64,000 nt of DNA from Lama guanicoe (Eukaryota): the NCBI GenBank assembly GCA_013239625.1, contig MU056313.1, positions 4,898,435 through 4,962,434 of the forward strand, in the 5' to 3' direction. A program made the translations under genes and the position numbers. Under the pieces are notes generated by a model that saw only the letters and a list, made by a program, of their open reading frames with translations, did not search any database and had not been told where the DNA came from. Positions 1-12,413 of this stretch are shown one piece after another. Within the stretch, counting starts at the first letter, position 1, and the number at the start of each line of letters is the position of its first letter.

Positions 1-3000
1 ATTAAAAGTGTGACAGGTAGCCACTAACTTTTCATAACTATCAATTAGATGGACTCTACGTGCTCAGTGACTCAGTTCATCCTCAAATGTCACTTTAGTG
101 CCCAGTGGTCTTAATGCACTGTAACCTCGTGGCCTGAAATAATTAATGTACCTCTCTTATCAATCTACTTTCTGTCAGAGCATGGCTGGGGCACCAAGCA
201 GAAGAGAGTGCAGTCAGTTACAGGATCGCTTTTCATTAATTTTGATTCTTTTCCCTTTGTTACAGGTGCTTTGAATATTAAGTCTTGCCCTGATCAGCAA
301 CTCATGCTGTTACAGTCGAGCCATTTTTCACTTTCGCTGCTCGTGACATGTAAAAATGGAAAGATATGACATTTAAGTGTACATCCTTTTCTGGTTTTGG
401 AACCATACGGTTGGGGTTGTTATTTTATGTTGTGCTATATGGTATTAAAAAAAATGTTTGTTGAGAGAACTCTGAGCACTGTGTATACATCAGGCTAAGA
501 GACTTGTAGCACTATTGATTGATTATGTTATCAGCAAAAGAAACGTGAAAAAGTTCCAAGCAGAAGCCCCTTTATAAGACGATGTGGTGTACTCAGCAGG
601 AACTCAGTTTTGAAATGTGTTTGTGTATCTGTATCTTTTAAAGATGCAACTGTCTTTAAAACGATGTTGCTTCCCCCCGTACACAAAAGCCATCTCTTCC
701 AAAGCCTTTGATTAATTCGAACACAATTAAGGGCTGATGACATCGCCAAAGTAATCCGATGCCAGCAGCAGTGACCTCCCCACCTGCCATCAGGTCCAGC
801 TGGGAGAGAGACGGCAGTGATTACAAGCAATAGTTTCCTTCAGTGGTTTCATAATTTCAATTTTTTTTTTGGTTACATTTCCAGATTTCCAATAGTTATA
901 GTAAGAAGGCTTTAGTAGAGGAATATTTTCCCCAGGGGTTACTATCAACAACTTAGCGTATTGGCTTTTTTCCCCATCATTGATTCAAGTATAGAAGCTC
1001 ATCAGGCAAGAAATATTGTGATTACAAGTCATATATAAATTATTTAAAGGGGTTCAGCCAATCAAAACTGAGATCTAAGTGACTATTTTCCTCTTGATGC
1101 CTTTGTAACTCCTACTCAAAAAGCAAATTTCTGATTGATAGAGGAGTTTTGAAGTTACTTCAAAAAGGCCATTCTTTTGGATGGAGAGGAAGATCTCAAT
1201 AGGAATGGTTCATGTACTTGAACAATAACTCTTTCATGACAACTTTACAGAGAAGGAGAGGCCGCCAGAAAGACACCAAAATAACAACCAACAGGGGAGT
1301 AAGGGAGCCGGAAGCCGGGGGAGACGGTGCTAGCAGGTGAGGCAGGTAATTAAGGTCTGTCCTAGAAAGAAGACTTGTGCATTCAGGGCTTCCTACATCT
1401 TCCAGCTCTGGCTAAAGAAAGTAATCACTGTTAACCTGCTACCCAAGCATCTCATTCAACAGACAGCTTCCGCTCGGGCTTTCCAATGGGAACACTCAGC
1501 TCTCCGTCAAAGAGACAAAGTCACCATCTTGCTGGACTTCCTCCTTTGAATGCCACCTGTTAAGACACTAAAAGCTAATCATGTCTCACCTGCCTAACTG
1601 CATTGCGAGATTTTTTTTCTTTTTTCTATTTCCTTAGCTGGTAGACCTTTTGCTTACTTTTTATGTACTAGTATATGTCAACTCTCTAATGAAGGCTAAA
1701 AATCAGAGGATACCTCATGTTAGATAGAATTGGGGAAAAGATATTTTCTTCAATTATGTAGGAGAGCTAGTACTCCCCTTTTTATTTCCTAAAATTAAAC
1801 TTGGAAAACCTAGAACTTCCTAAGAGCTACCACAGTGGTCCTCCAAAATTGCCAATAGTGGATGCCTTAAATTCAAAAATGCATTAAAAAATAATACCTT
1901 CTTCTCAAAGGACATTCTGCCAGTGTAATGCATATTTCTCAACACTTTAAGCAGGACAGTCAATACAGGAAGCTGATCTCCTGGCTTACATAGAATCAGT
2001 GAAAAAGTGAAAAAAAATATTAAACCACTATTCTGAGCAACATGAAGAATAAATAGACTATTTGGATATGTAAAGCTTTTATTTATGTCTTAGGTTTTTT
2101 AAGAGCCCAATGCAACAAATACGCTGAGTTGTGAAATTACAAGAAAAAAAAGTAGGGATTACAAATATTAATGACAATCTCTTGCTTCAAATAAATCCTT
2201 TCCCTTTAAAATTTAGAGTTTAAAATCCTCCATTCTTGGACTCTTCAAATACATCACCAAAAAAAGAAAAAAAAAACTCAATCAATTATGCAGTCTCTAT
2301 TGCAAAGTTTGAGGATTTTAAAGTATAGAAAAACCCAAGAGGTAATAAACTCACTATTAAGGCATTTAGCTTGGCAAGTGATTTATCTCCTTTTCTTTAT
2401 CTGCTTAGGGTTTTTATTTCACTGTGTGAGCAAATTTTCACTGACAAGTCATTTTTGGAGACCAGCCAGAAGTGGGGGGTGGAGGGAGAGAGCAAGATCT
2501 TCTAAGATATCAAAGACCTGGGGGAAAAAAATCTGCTGGAGTGACATTTGTGGTTTCAAAAATAATACACCTTCTCTAGTTTCCTGTTCATTTACCAAAG
2601 TAAAGCTCTCTTGGTTTTCAGCTCTCATTCTATAATGAGATGTACAGAACATTTCTAACCAACATAATTTTCTGGTTGAGATGCATAAAAAGAATACTGA
2701 CCAAAAAATTCATTTGAATGGTAAAAACCTTACCTATTGTTGTCCTGTGCTTTCAAAGATTCTCCTGGGGATACCACAGCTGTGTAACTGAGTGTGAACG
2801 GGACCATAAAAGATCTGCAGGTCAGCGTAGCTTCTGCAGAAACTCTGGAGGGTTACCCATGTGTGAGTTGCTATCTTTATCCAGTGGTACTTGGACCAAA
2901 TCTTCTAAGTAGTTTACACATAGTAGGTCCTCAAGAGATGCATTTCATTAAATTGATTTCTTAACTGCAGTCTCTCTGAGTTATTTTTAGTGTAACATAC

Positions 3001-3112
3001 ATAGGCTACTTCATGTAAGCTCTCAGTGCAGCGGCTGTATAAACATCTCTCACGCAGAAACCACTTCTTGGCAAATACAACAAGACGGCTGCAAACAGGT
3101 AACTGTCCCACC

Positions 3113-3530
3113 CATGTATTTACTCATTCGATTTACAAATGTTTACTCTGTGTTCCCTGGTACTGAGCACTGGGCTAGGTGCTATGGCATTTTAAGGAAT
3201 AATGAAGACAGACCTGTGTCTTCAAGGAAGCTAATTATAGACAAAGGAGAACAGGGAAGGATATAAAATGAGGACCGTGACAAGATGCCAAAGCAAACTC
3301 AAAGGGAGAAAGGATTATTTCCACTGGAATCTTGGAGGGCTCAAAGGAGCAGGAGGCATTTCAGCCAGGCTTTGAGGGATGGAAGGGGAAAGGGAATTCT
3401 TGGATACTAGCCTGTTGAGATGTGCTGAGTAAAGGCACTAAAAGGAGAAAGCACAGAATTTGCTCAAAGAGCAGAAGGATGTCGCGTGGCCAACATAGTA
3501 ACGAGAGAAGGGAAGTTATGAGACAAGTCT
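3113..3530 (-). mobile_element. LINE-2 3' fragment (ancient)
   Basis: Starts with the reverse complement of the L2 tail (ctcattcgatttacaaatgtttact...gcactgggctaggtgct...aatgaagacagac), followed by purine-rich L2 body; boundaries approximate. Confidence 0.6.
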
Positions 3531-3549
3531 CCACTCAATGCTCTCAACA

Positions 3550-3563
3550 CTGCCACCTATCGG
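3550..3563 (-). promoter_or_regulatory. CTCF-like motif
   Basis: Minus strand CCGATAGGTGGCAG, 13/14 match to CCRSYAGRKGGCRS; motif only. Confidence 0.35.
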
Positions 3564-5259
3564 TGGCTGGATGGATCTGAACGTCCCCGGGGAATATTCT
3601 GTAGAATTAACAGTACTGCGCGACCAGGAAACCTGAGACAAAGGTGACAACGACAGTGGCTACTTATATTCCATTTCTCTTTAAAGTTTTAAAATACGCA
3701 TGTAAATCTGACCACCTTTGGAATTTAGGTTGTACTGAATAAGGGATAAAGTTCTACGGAAGGGAAGAGTCAAAAAAGGCAATGATATAAAATACATAAG
3801 GGACTAACACGATCCCCTCAACCGCAGGTGCTGACGCGGGCACTGAAGACAAAGCTAAACCAACAGAAAGAGGCCCAGCCCCCCTGTTCTCTATCTCAGG
3901 CACAGAAGAAAGGGATGTTGTTTCAGAGAACAACACCCCCAGGTCCCCATTAGAAATGACGATACTTACAGCAGTGCTGTTTTCGCTATGGGACTGCATG
4001 TTTTTCTTGCAAATGTTTAACTTCTGCTTTTGTGAGCAATGGCACATGGGGTGAAGAAAACAGTATGCTCAAAGCTGATGTTGAGGGCTGAATGCATTTT
4101 TGTCCTAAACTACTGTTTTTAGAACATTTCTAGTTAAATGCACCTATCACCACTAGTCACTGCGGCCACGGAAACGTGGCGTCTATTTTAATGCTTACTC
4201 TAGTGTGAGAGTACATGCTGAAATAAAAATATCCCAAGTTGTTGGCATTTTTTGCTTTTCAATTCAGTAAGATTAAAATTTGTTTGCCTCTTAGTAAAAA
4301 ACTAGGTCAAATTGTACTAGGACATAAATCACTTGACCAGTAGAAGAGAGTCCGGCCCAACCATTCTATCGAGCAAGTCAAGGGCAGCAATGTCAGAGTT
4401 ACGAGCTGATCCCAGCCTTCTTCCCTAGATTCGCACTCCAGGTGGGTAGCTTCCAAGCATCGCAGATCCACATAGCCACACATCTACTGGGCACAAACAC
4501 AGGTAAAACCCATTTCAAGAAATATGCTTTATATAAAAATTAATTTGCTAAAGAACTGCATTCATTAATGGATATATTTTCAGTATTCCTCTTAGCAGAG
4601 GCTGGGAAGTTTTTAAAAACACACGATATTACTCCAAATCCTGTTTTTGTTGATAAAAATTTCAAGAAGCATAGTTATTTCTAGATGGCATAAGTGATTC
4701 TCCACGGGGAAAATACAATCCTAATAGTGTGTGTGGCAGTGAGAGGATAGCGTATTTTTTCTCAGTGGCGAGGGAAGTACATTGGGAAAAAACTGCCTCC
4801 TCTTCCCCTGTGTTCTTTCTCCATTTCCAGGGCTGAAGTATATAGAGTAGGAAATGAGACTTTCCTTGTTTCAATGGAACTTCCAGTCAACTTGATACAT
4901 TTATTCATATGGCATTAGTAGTCAGCTCTCATTCTGGATGGGACTAGACAGATTTGGGGTGGAAAGAACTTGGGAATGGACAAATTCATCATTTAAAGGA
5001 GGTAGTTTGGACAGATCTGGAAAGTAGCTCCAGAAGGCATGATCACTGGGTACACAGCTAACATCAGAAGGAATCTCTTGGCACGTGACAGCAAGAGGTA
5101 AGCCAGGCAGGGAGTTAGCTGGTGTTGGAGAGGTCCTTCAGTGGCTACCTCCATGGACAAGTGGAACTCCAGAGGCAGGTGGATAGAATTAAAGTGAAAT
5201 TCTTTTAATAGGTGGCTGGGATCTAACCACGGACATGGAAGTTCAAGGGGAAAGACTTT

Positions 5260-5618
5260 TGTATTAGTCAGGGTTCAACCACAGAATCAGATCTCTAAGG
5301 AGATCATCATTCTACATATATGAGATATATTTTAAGAGATGTAATTACAGGGGTTAGCTAGGCGAGTCTGAAATCTTAGGGCAGGCCACCAGGAAGGGAA
5401 CTTCCAGACACAAGCTGAAGCTATTGTAAAATTTCTGCGTTTAAGTCCTTTCAACTGATTGAACCAGGCCCACCCAGATTATCTAGGATAATCTCCCTTG
5501 CTTAAACTGGACAATTATGGACTTAAATTATATTTACAAAATCCTTCCACAGTAATACCTAGATCAGTGTTTGGGTATATAATTGGGTACTATGGCTTAG
5601 TCAAAACTGGTCATCACA
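5260..5618 (-). mobile_element. MLT2-family (ERVL) solo LTR
   Basis: TGTATTAGTCAGGGTTC...gtcctttcaactgattgaaccaggcccacccagattat...CATCACA, the reverse complement of the MLT2 consensus, with TG...CA termini. Confidence 0.85.
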
Positions 5619-5953
5619 ACTCATGTCCAGAGAGCTGAAAAAGGCAAGCAGGACTATCCCAATCCTGGAGAAACAGCACAGCTAGGCTCAATGAGCACAT
5701 AATGTAGGACATTTACATTTACTGTTGAGTTGAGGATGAAGCTATTGGAGCTAGGAAATGGGGGAGTTAATCTGGTAGAAGAAAAAGCCAAAAACCAGTT
5801 ATTGAGACCAAAGAGACCAACAACAAACCACTGCATAGCCACTGGACTTCATACATCCCCTGCCTACAGGAAAGTTTGGTCCCTGAGTCTTCCCCTCTAG
5901 ATGTGGTTTCTAATGTACTATTTATGAGGACCAGGAGACCTAAAGATGTGGGG

Positions 5954-6161
5954 CAGTAGTTCTGAATAGGGGCAACTTTGTATCACTCGTCCCCACAGTT
6001 GGCAATATCTGAAGACATTTTTGGTCGTCACCAGTTGAGGGAGGTGGGCGCTATGGGCATCGAATAGATAGACATCAGGGATGCTGATGGAACTTTATAC
6101 AATAGCTCCCACCCACGGTAAAGAGTTTCCAGCCTCAGACATCAAGGATGAGAAGCCCTAG
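5954..6161 (+). mobile_element. MER20 (hAT-Charlie DNA transposon)
   Basis: cagtagttct...ttggcaatatctgaagacatttttggtcgtcac...cagggatgctg...gagaagccct follows the MER20 consensus. Confidence 0.85.
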
Positions 6162-6310
6162 ACTAGAGTGATCAATGTCAGTGGAATGTAACTGATATTG
6201 AGTCTAAATTCATTCCTGACTTTTATATGACTACTGACTATTTACAGATCTTGTGCATAAGAGAGGAGGGGAAGAAGAATGAAAAAAGAGCAGGCCTATG
6301 TTTTCTCCGG

Positions 6311-6495
6311 AGGCAGCATGGAAGAGTGGAGGGAACATGAATTTAGAGTGAGAGAGTCCTAAGTTCAAAGCCAACTGTGACAAATACCTTTCATGTACAC
6401 CTCGGGCAAGATGTTTAACCTCAATTTCCTTATCTGTAAAATCAGGAAGATAGCGGTCTCATAGGATTATTGAGAGGATGAGTGATGTTACCAGA
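6311..6495 (+). mobile_element. MIR SINE
   Basis: MIR core: cctcgggcaagatgtttaacctcaatttccttatctgtaaaat...ctcataggattattgagagg. Confidence 0.75.
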
Positions 6496-6529
6496 TAAAG
6501 GTTAGTTACTTGTACCCCAAGAAGACATT

Positions 6530-6835
6530 TGGGCAGCTATGACAATAATCCAGCCAAGAGAGGATGTGACCATAAATTAAGCAATTATACTGCTAATATG
6601 TAGAAGTGAGTCAATTTCAGAAATACTTCTTAGATGCTACAAGACTTGTTGGCCCAGTGGATGGGAAAGAAAGAAGCAGAGGATCCAGGGATGACTACCA
6701 TGGATGCATGGTATTACCATGAACTGAGACAGGAAACCCACAAAGAGGACCCAGTGGATGGGGGAAGGTAATGATTCAGTTTCAGACATGTAACATCTCG
6801 GGTGCCCTCAGGACAGCTGGATGGAGATACAGGAG
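6530..6835 (-). mobile_element. LINE-2 fragment
   Basis: aataatccagccaagagagg...ggtattaccatgaactgagacaggaaac...gattcagtttcagacatg, typical antisense L2. Confidence 0.6.
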
Positions 6836-6844
6836 GAATATTAG

Positions 6845-7022
6845 TGGTTTAAAAGCCACGTTCACATACGTTGTTCCATTTAAACTTTGATCTCATAACA
6901 ACCTGGTGAAAGGCAGGCTTTATTACCTATATTCCTTTGATGAGGAAACTGAGGCTCAGAGAGGCTAAGTGAATTATTCGGCAGCATAAAGATGGTTCTT
7001 GGTGAAGTTCTGCCTTGACTCC
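6845..7022 (-). mobile_element. MIR SINE
   Basis: gatgaggaaactgaggctcagagaggctaagtga core. Confidence 0.8.
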
Positions 7023-8124
7023 AATTAACAGGATTTTAAAATAGAAAATGCCAGGTGTGGTAAGTGGAATGAGTTGGGAAGATCAGGGTTTGCTTTTGCT
7101 GCTTTGTCTGTGAGGGTTTTCGCCTGCCGTTGGGAAGGGTGGAACATTCTGGAGAGCTCTGAGGATGGGACCAGCCAGCTGCACCAAGTCAAGACCGACC
7201 ACGTGGATCGGTGAGGCCACTGAGAGTGGAGATGCTTTATAGGTCGTTAACCACATGAACCAAGGGGCTGAGAGAAATGAAACAAAAGTATTAACAGGCA
7301 GCGCCAGTTCAAAAAAAAATTTGCAATGAAGATAAGTCATCTGTGAAATGATAATGTAAATCAATGGAAAGATATGAATGAACAAATTTTGATTTCCCCA
7401 TAACTTTTCAGGAACACATTCACTGAGACACATTTTAATCTCGGAACATTGATGTTACCTCCTTCCAATAGTAATGTAAAGCATGCTGTTCTGAGGAAGA
7501 GCTCTGAAAAGGCTTGGTTTTCACAGGTTTGTTTTTCATAGTTGTAATGTTTCTCCAGACTTAATTTTGGCCGTGAGACACATATTCAAAAGTGCACTAA
7601 AGAGACAAATTTGGTGTTCAATTCAAATGTTCTAAATCTGAATATCTAGAATTTTCATTTAAGCACCCCCCCACACACTCTCTCTAGTTCTTGGGAGAAT
7701 GACAGACTTTGGTGTCCCATGTGTGGTTAGAGGACCTCTCCGTACTGGACAGAACTGATTTTTAGGACTTCAAGTCCGTCTTCAAAGAAGAGGTGGACTA
7801 TATGTCTAATAATCTCCTGTTTTCTTCTAATATCGTCACTATTCAAGTTGATTGCATTTTGTGGCATCAATTTGGTAATTTCCATTTTGCTGCTATGTCA
7901 TTTATTTACTCTGTGCTTTCTTGTTCCTGCACTAGTCGAATGGTACATTCCTTTAACGTTATTTTAATTCCATCCCTTCTGTATCTCCAGTTATGCCTCT
8001 TTAAACTTAAACAAATATATTTCCCTCATTATTTTTTCTTACTTTCCCTAATTCCTTACTTTCCCTAAACTCTTGAGGGGTTTCTCTATTTTATGGGTCT
8101 TCTCAAGATTTAATTATATTTTCT

Positions 8125-8435
8125 TTCTTTTTTTAAAATTGAAGTATAGTCAGTTACAAAGTGTTAATTTCTGGTGTACAGCATAATGTCCCAGTCATGT
8201 GTATACATATGTATATTTGTTTTCATATTGCTTTTCATTAAAGGTCATTACAAGACATTGAANNNNNNNNNNNNNNNNNNNNNNNNNNNNNNNNNNNNNN
8301 NNNNNNNNNNNNNNNNNNNNNNNNNNNNNNNNNNNNNNNNNNNNNNNNNNNNNNNNNNNNNNNNNNNNNNNNNNNNNNNNNNNNNNNNNNNNNNNTGTTA
8401 CTCAAATGTGGAATCTAAAAGAAAAAAGAGGACAC
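8125..8435 (-). mobile_element. Short young L1 3' end with probable 5' inversion (spans N-gap)
   Basis: poly-T then aattgaagtatagtcagttaca...ctggtgtacagcataatg (antisense L1 3' end); after the gap a sense L1 piece (atgtggaatctaaaagaaaaaagaggacac); flanking direct repeat tattttct at 8117-8124 and 8436-8443. Confidence 0.75.
8263..8395. other. Assembly gap (133 N)
   Basis: Run of N. Confidence 1.
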
Positions 8436-8550
8436 TATTTTCTACTTTTTATTCATTAGCACTCATTTTTATCTTTATCAAATTTCTCTTAGGTTGTTTT
8501 CTCTTTGTCCTTTGGTTTTTTCCAAGATTTTGGACTTTGTTTCTTTTTAA

Positions 8551-8712
8551 ATTCCTCCTCCCTCCCTTCTTTCCCCTTCCCTTTCTTCCTGCATAGCTTA
8601 CTTCCTTCCCTTCTTTCCCTCCTCTTTCTTTCCTTTTTCTTTTCTTTTTTTTTCTATTCTTTTTCCCTTCCCTTTTCTTCCCTTTCCTTCTCTCTCTCTC
8701 CTTCTTTTCTTC
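8551..8712 (+). repeat. Polypyrimidine CT-rich low-complexity tract
   Basis: cttcc/ctttt/ctct motifs, very few purines over ~160 bp. Confidence 0.9.
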
Positions 8713-9838
8713 TGACTATAGATGTTGCTGGGTCTCAAATGTTTCATGTGAAAATACGGCCAAGATTTTGGAAGGGTTCAGCTTTTATAAATTGTTCCCT
8801 AGTTTTGTTTGATGAAGACCAGAGAAAACGACCTGTAAAATCTACACTCTAAAAAAATGTGCAGGCTTTTTTTGTTAGTATTTTTGCCAAATAAAGTATG
8901 CATTTTTGTCATTGTTTTCTGTCTCTATACACATTTAAAATGTATATTTAAAAATCTGAGTATATATATTTCATATTTCTTTTTTGTATTGAGCCCCTTT
9001 TCTCTCTTTGGAACACTAGTATTTGATCTTCTAGACCTCTTTCCTATTCTCTTATCCTTCCCCCCCATGTTTTCCTGTGTGTGCGCTGGGTCTGGGTATG
9101 AGAGGAAGACACTTTTCTGTAAGGCTGCTGATTTAGATCTTGCTGCTGCCTTCTAGTCTTCACTCAACCTCCTGGATTTTCAAGTCATAAAACTCAACGT
9201 GTGTTTTATGTTTTGTTTTGTTGTCCATTTTTTTGTTGTTGTTCGGGGTACTGTGCTTGATTTTTTTATTACTCATGTTATTCTTCCATGCTCAGCATCG
9301 TGGTCTATCTCCTCTAAAAGCTCTAAAAGCTCCTTGCGGTGTTTGGTTGCTTTCTGGCTGCATGTGCCCCACTTCCTCCAAGATGCAAGAGGATATGATT
9401 ATGTTTTAATTTGTCAGCTCACTGCGGCTCGGCCATGTCGAAGGAGACACTCAGCAGTGGCTGTCCTTCAAGAGACGGAAGGTGGGACATTCACTGTCAC
9501 GGTGGGCTTGGGCAGCAGGAAGCAACCACTAACCGCACACTGGTGCATTCCTGTCTCCCTGCCTTGGGCGTGTGCTGCGGGCTCCTTGGTTTGTTGGGAC
9601 CAGGAAGATAATTTAACATAATTTGTCTACCTTAACTCTGGTGAGTCAAGCTCCTCTGGATTCCCAGGTTCTGATCCATGCTCAAGGCATGTGGACAGAA
9701 ATTTCCAGCCTTTCACTTGACCTCTATGGAGGAAGACCCTGGCTCAGCCCTCTTCTGGAGTACCAAACCTTCATGACGTGTCCATGAGCCCAGCATCTGC
9801 TGGACACAGGAAAGACAGAGAGGCTGGCATTCAGAGTG

Positions 9839-9852
9839 AAGAGGAAGTGAAA
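9839..9852 (+). promoter_or_regulatory. PU.1/ETS-IRF composite element (EICE) motif
   Basis: AAGAGGAAGTGAAA = PU.1 consensus overlapping GGAAnnGAAA; motif only. Confidence 0.3.
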
Positions 9853-10924
9853 TGTTAAAATCCAGTTACTATCTCCCGGACTTCTTTCTACATAATGCTT
9901 CGGAAAATATACACAAAAACCATCTTTCAAAAAGAACTCTTGTTTGGGTTGACCTCTTTGTAAATATAAATTACCAGCACAACTAATTTTTACCATGTAA
10001 GTCCTGACGTAGCATCAGGCAGATATAAATTATGACTTAAACTTTTCCTAGAGTTAAAAGCAGCAACTAAAAAACTAATAAAATCGTATTTTATTCATGC
10101 TTGTTTTCTCATTCTTTGAACAATGACCTGATATTCTCCATAAATATTCCAGGATATTGAAAAAAGGTCAGTATTCCTACAGTTTTTATGATATCTCAAA
10201 GCTTAATAAAAGCCACCAACTCTATGAAGAAATGATCAGGACACTCTAATTTAGCCACTGACCTAGGCCTCTAAGTTCCTAGTGGCTAGAATGAACAGGA
10301 AAAAAGAAACAAACCAAAAATATGTTCATTCCAGTAAAAAAAAATACACTAATACTATTTTTGAGGGAAGAGAAATCAACCATCTCCCAAAGGCAGTATT
10401 TGTCTTCAACATTAAACATTCACATGTAACCAGCCTCGATCTAGCTTTCGGGAGACCTACAGGAAATTCACAATCCAGATATTTAGGACAATAAAATCCA
10501 TGCTATTTTGCAGGCCTATTTAACTCTTAACTCATTTTCTTGACGTTGAAAATACTTTCATAAATCTTGCATAAGTTTATTCCAAAAGAACTTTTTGGCC
10601 AAATTGTTGGAACCAGTGTATCTAGAAAGATACAGCCTTAATTATCGCTTCTGTGGGGCATAATTAAGAATAACTAGATGATGAATTTTTCAATGCTATC
10701 TGAAACAGGTATATATACACCAAATGTGACAATAAATGTGTGTGAAATATTCACAAGATATATAAATAAGAATAATTAGAAAGAAAGGTGTTCGACTGTT
10801 AGAGTAGAAAAATAGCCTGTCGAGTACGTCTTTCAATTTTGAAGGCTATTATCTCTAAAATATTCTGTAGTGCATATTCATACAGTTATAGGAAGGACAT
10901 TTGGTTTGGCATACAAATCACTTG

Positions 10925-11535
10925 AGTCAAAATAATTCAGCCTGCTCCAAATTGCTCCCTGCTTGCTGCATATCCCCATATGGTGCCTCTGCCAGCCTCC
11001 CCAAATCCAACCATCCAAATTTGGACACATTTCCCTCTATCCTCTCTTTCCTCATAACTCACCCTTCCTCTAGCGGTCTCTCTAGTGATGTTTCCATCCT
11101 GTCACCCAAGTTCATCTTCCTGAGCTCCTTAATTCCAATCACACAGGACGACCTGCCTGTCCCCGAGCTTCCTAGGTTCTGAGATTTGCAGATCCTATTC
11201 CCTTAAGCCAAGACTTCCTCCAACACATTTCACCTGAGAAAACACCGCTCTTTCTTCAAGGCTTACTTCCCACGCCACTGCTCCTGGGTTGGTACCCCTG
11301 AGTTTCCTAATCAGAATCAATACTTCTGTCCCCTGTACCTTCGTGGATCACCTGTTCCACATCACACCGCCTTCCTTCTGTCCACGTCTTGTTCACTTCA
11401 CACGTACACGTCTGTCTATTATGGCATCACTGGAGGCAGTGTCCAAGGGTTTCCTCTCAATGAGCTTATGACTGTTAACGGTCTGAATGCCTTATATGAG
11501 CAACAAAATAATCAGCCAAAATATGTGTTGATTCC
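10925..11535 (+). mobile_element. LINE-2 3' region
   Basis: Pyrimidine-rich L2 body (ctctttcttcaaggcttac...) ending in an L2-tail-like aaatatgtgttgatt. Confidence 0.55.
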
Positions 11536-11744
11536 AAACCTATTATAATAGCACAAATATACCTTTTTCCCTGAAATCTAGAATCTTTAAGTGGGAAGGC
11601 TAATAATCCTAGATTTTTGAAACAGAGGGGGAAGAGGACCTAGATTTCTTCATTTTTCACTAAGTGCCAGAAACTTGCTTTGTTGTTTCTCTTGGCAACA
11701 GTCTTACTCGGCTCTCGCTGGGATTCCCCACGTCACAGTAGCAG

Positions 11745-11860
11745 GTCCAGAGGTTCAGAGGTTAACTTGCCAAAGGTTAAATAACTAGTAAGTAAAGAAA
11801 GTGATTTTGAACTCGCTTCTACTTGACTGTAAAGACTGCTGCTTTTCTACCATACTCCAC
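11745..11860 (-). mobile_element. MIR fragment
   Basis: gaggttcagagggttaacttgccaaaggttaaataactagtaagt...tttgaactc. Confidence 0.6.
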
Positions 11861-11944
11861 AACCACAGAGCCTGTTTGTTTCCTTGCATATGAATTATCC
11901 TAGTCTTTCCTCTCTCTAGGAGGGGTTAGGAGTTCCTGCAAACC

Positions 11945-12117
11945 NNNNNNNNNNNNNNNNNNNNNNNNNNNNNNNNNNNNNNNNNNNNNNNNNNNNNNNN
12001 NNNNNNNNNNNNNNNNNNNNNNNNNNNNNNNNNNNNNNNNNNNNNNNNNNNNNNNNNNNNNNNNNNNNNNNNNNNNNNNNNNNNNNNNNNNNNNNNNNNN
12101 NNNNNNNNNNNNNNNNN
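11945..12117. other. Assembly gap (173 N)
   Basis: Run of N. Confidence 1.
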
Positions 12118-12413
12118 CTCAGGGGATACTCTGCCCCTTGCCTCTCCCAGCTCCGAGAAGCTCAGGGCTGCATCACTCTAGTCACCGCCTCTGTCGTCAC
12201 ACAGCCTCCTGCCTTTGACTTTCTTGCCTCCCTCTTATAAGAACCCTTGTGATGACATTGGTTCCATCCAGATAATGCAGGATAATCTCCCCATCTCAAG
12301 ATTCTTAATTAAATCACATCCACCAAGACCCTTTTGCCCTGTAAGATAACATGTATAGATTCCAGGGAATTAGAATATGGACACCTTTGGGGGTCATTAT
12401 TCAATCTATCACA
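12118..12413 (-). mobile_element. MLT1D-like MaLR LTR (remainder in gap)
   Basis: caggataatctccccatctcaagattcttaattaaatcacatc...ggacacctttgggggtcattattcaatctatcaca = reverse complement of the MLT1D 5' half. Confidence 0.85.

Larger units (their letters stand above)
7790..9400 (-). mobile_element. Degraded ancient L1M/HAL1-like LINE, interrupted by a younger L1 and a CT-rich tract
   Basis: Long T-rich segment with old-L1 antisense texture; family not resolved. Confidence 0.35.

Noticed and set aside
8505-9621. Hydrophobic F/L/S-rich ORFs resembling membrane proteins
   Set aside because: Products of T-rich antisense LINE and CT low-complexity sequence
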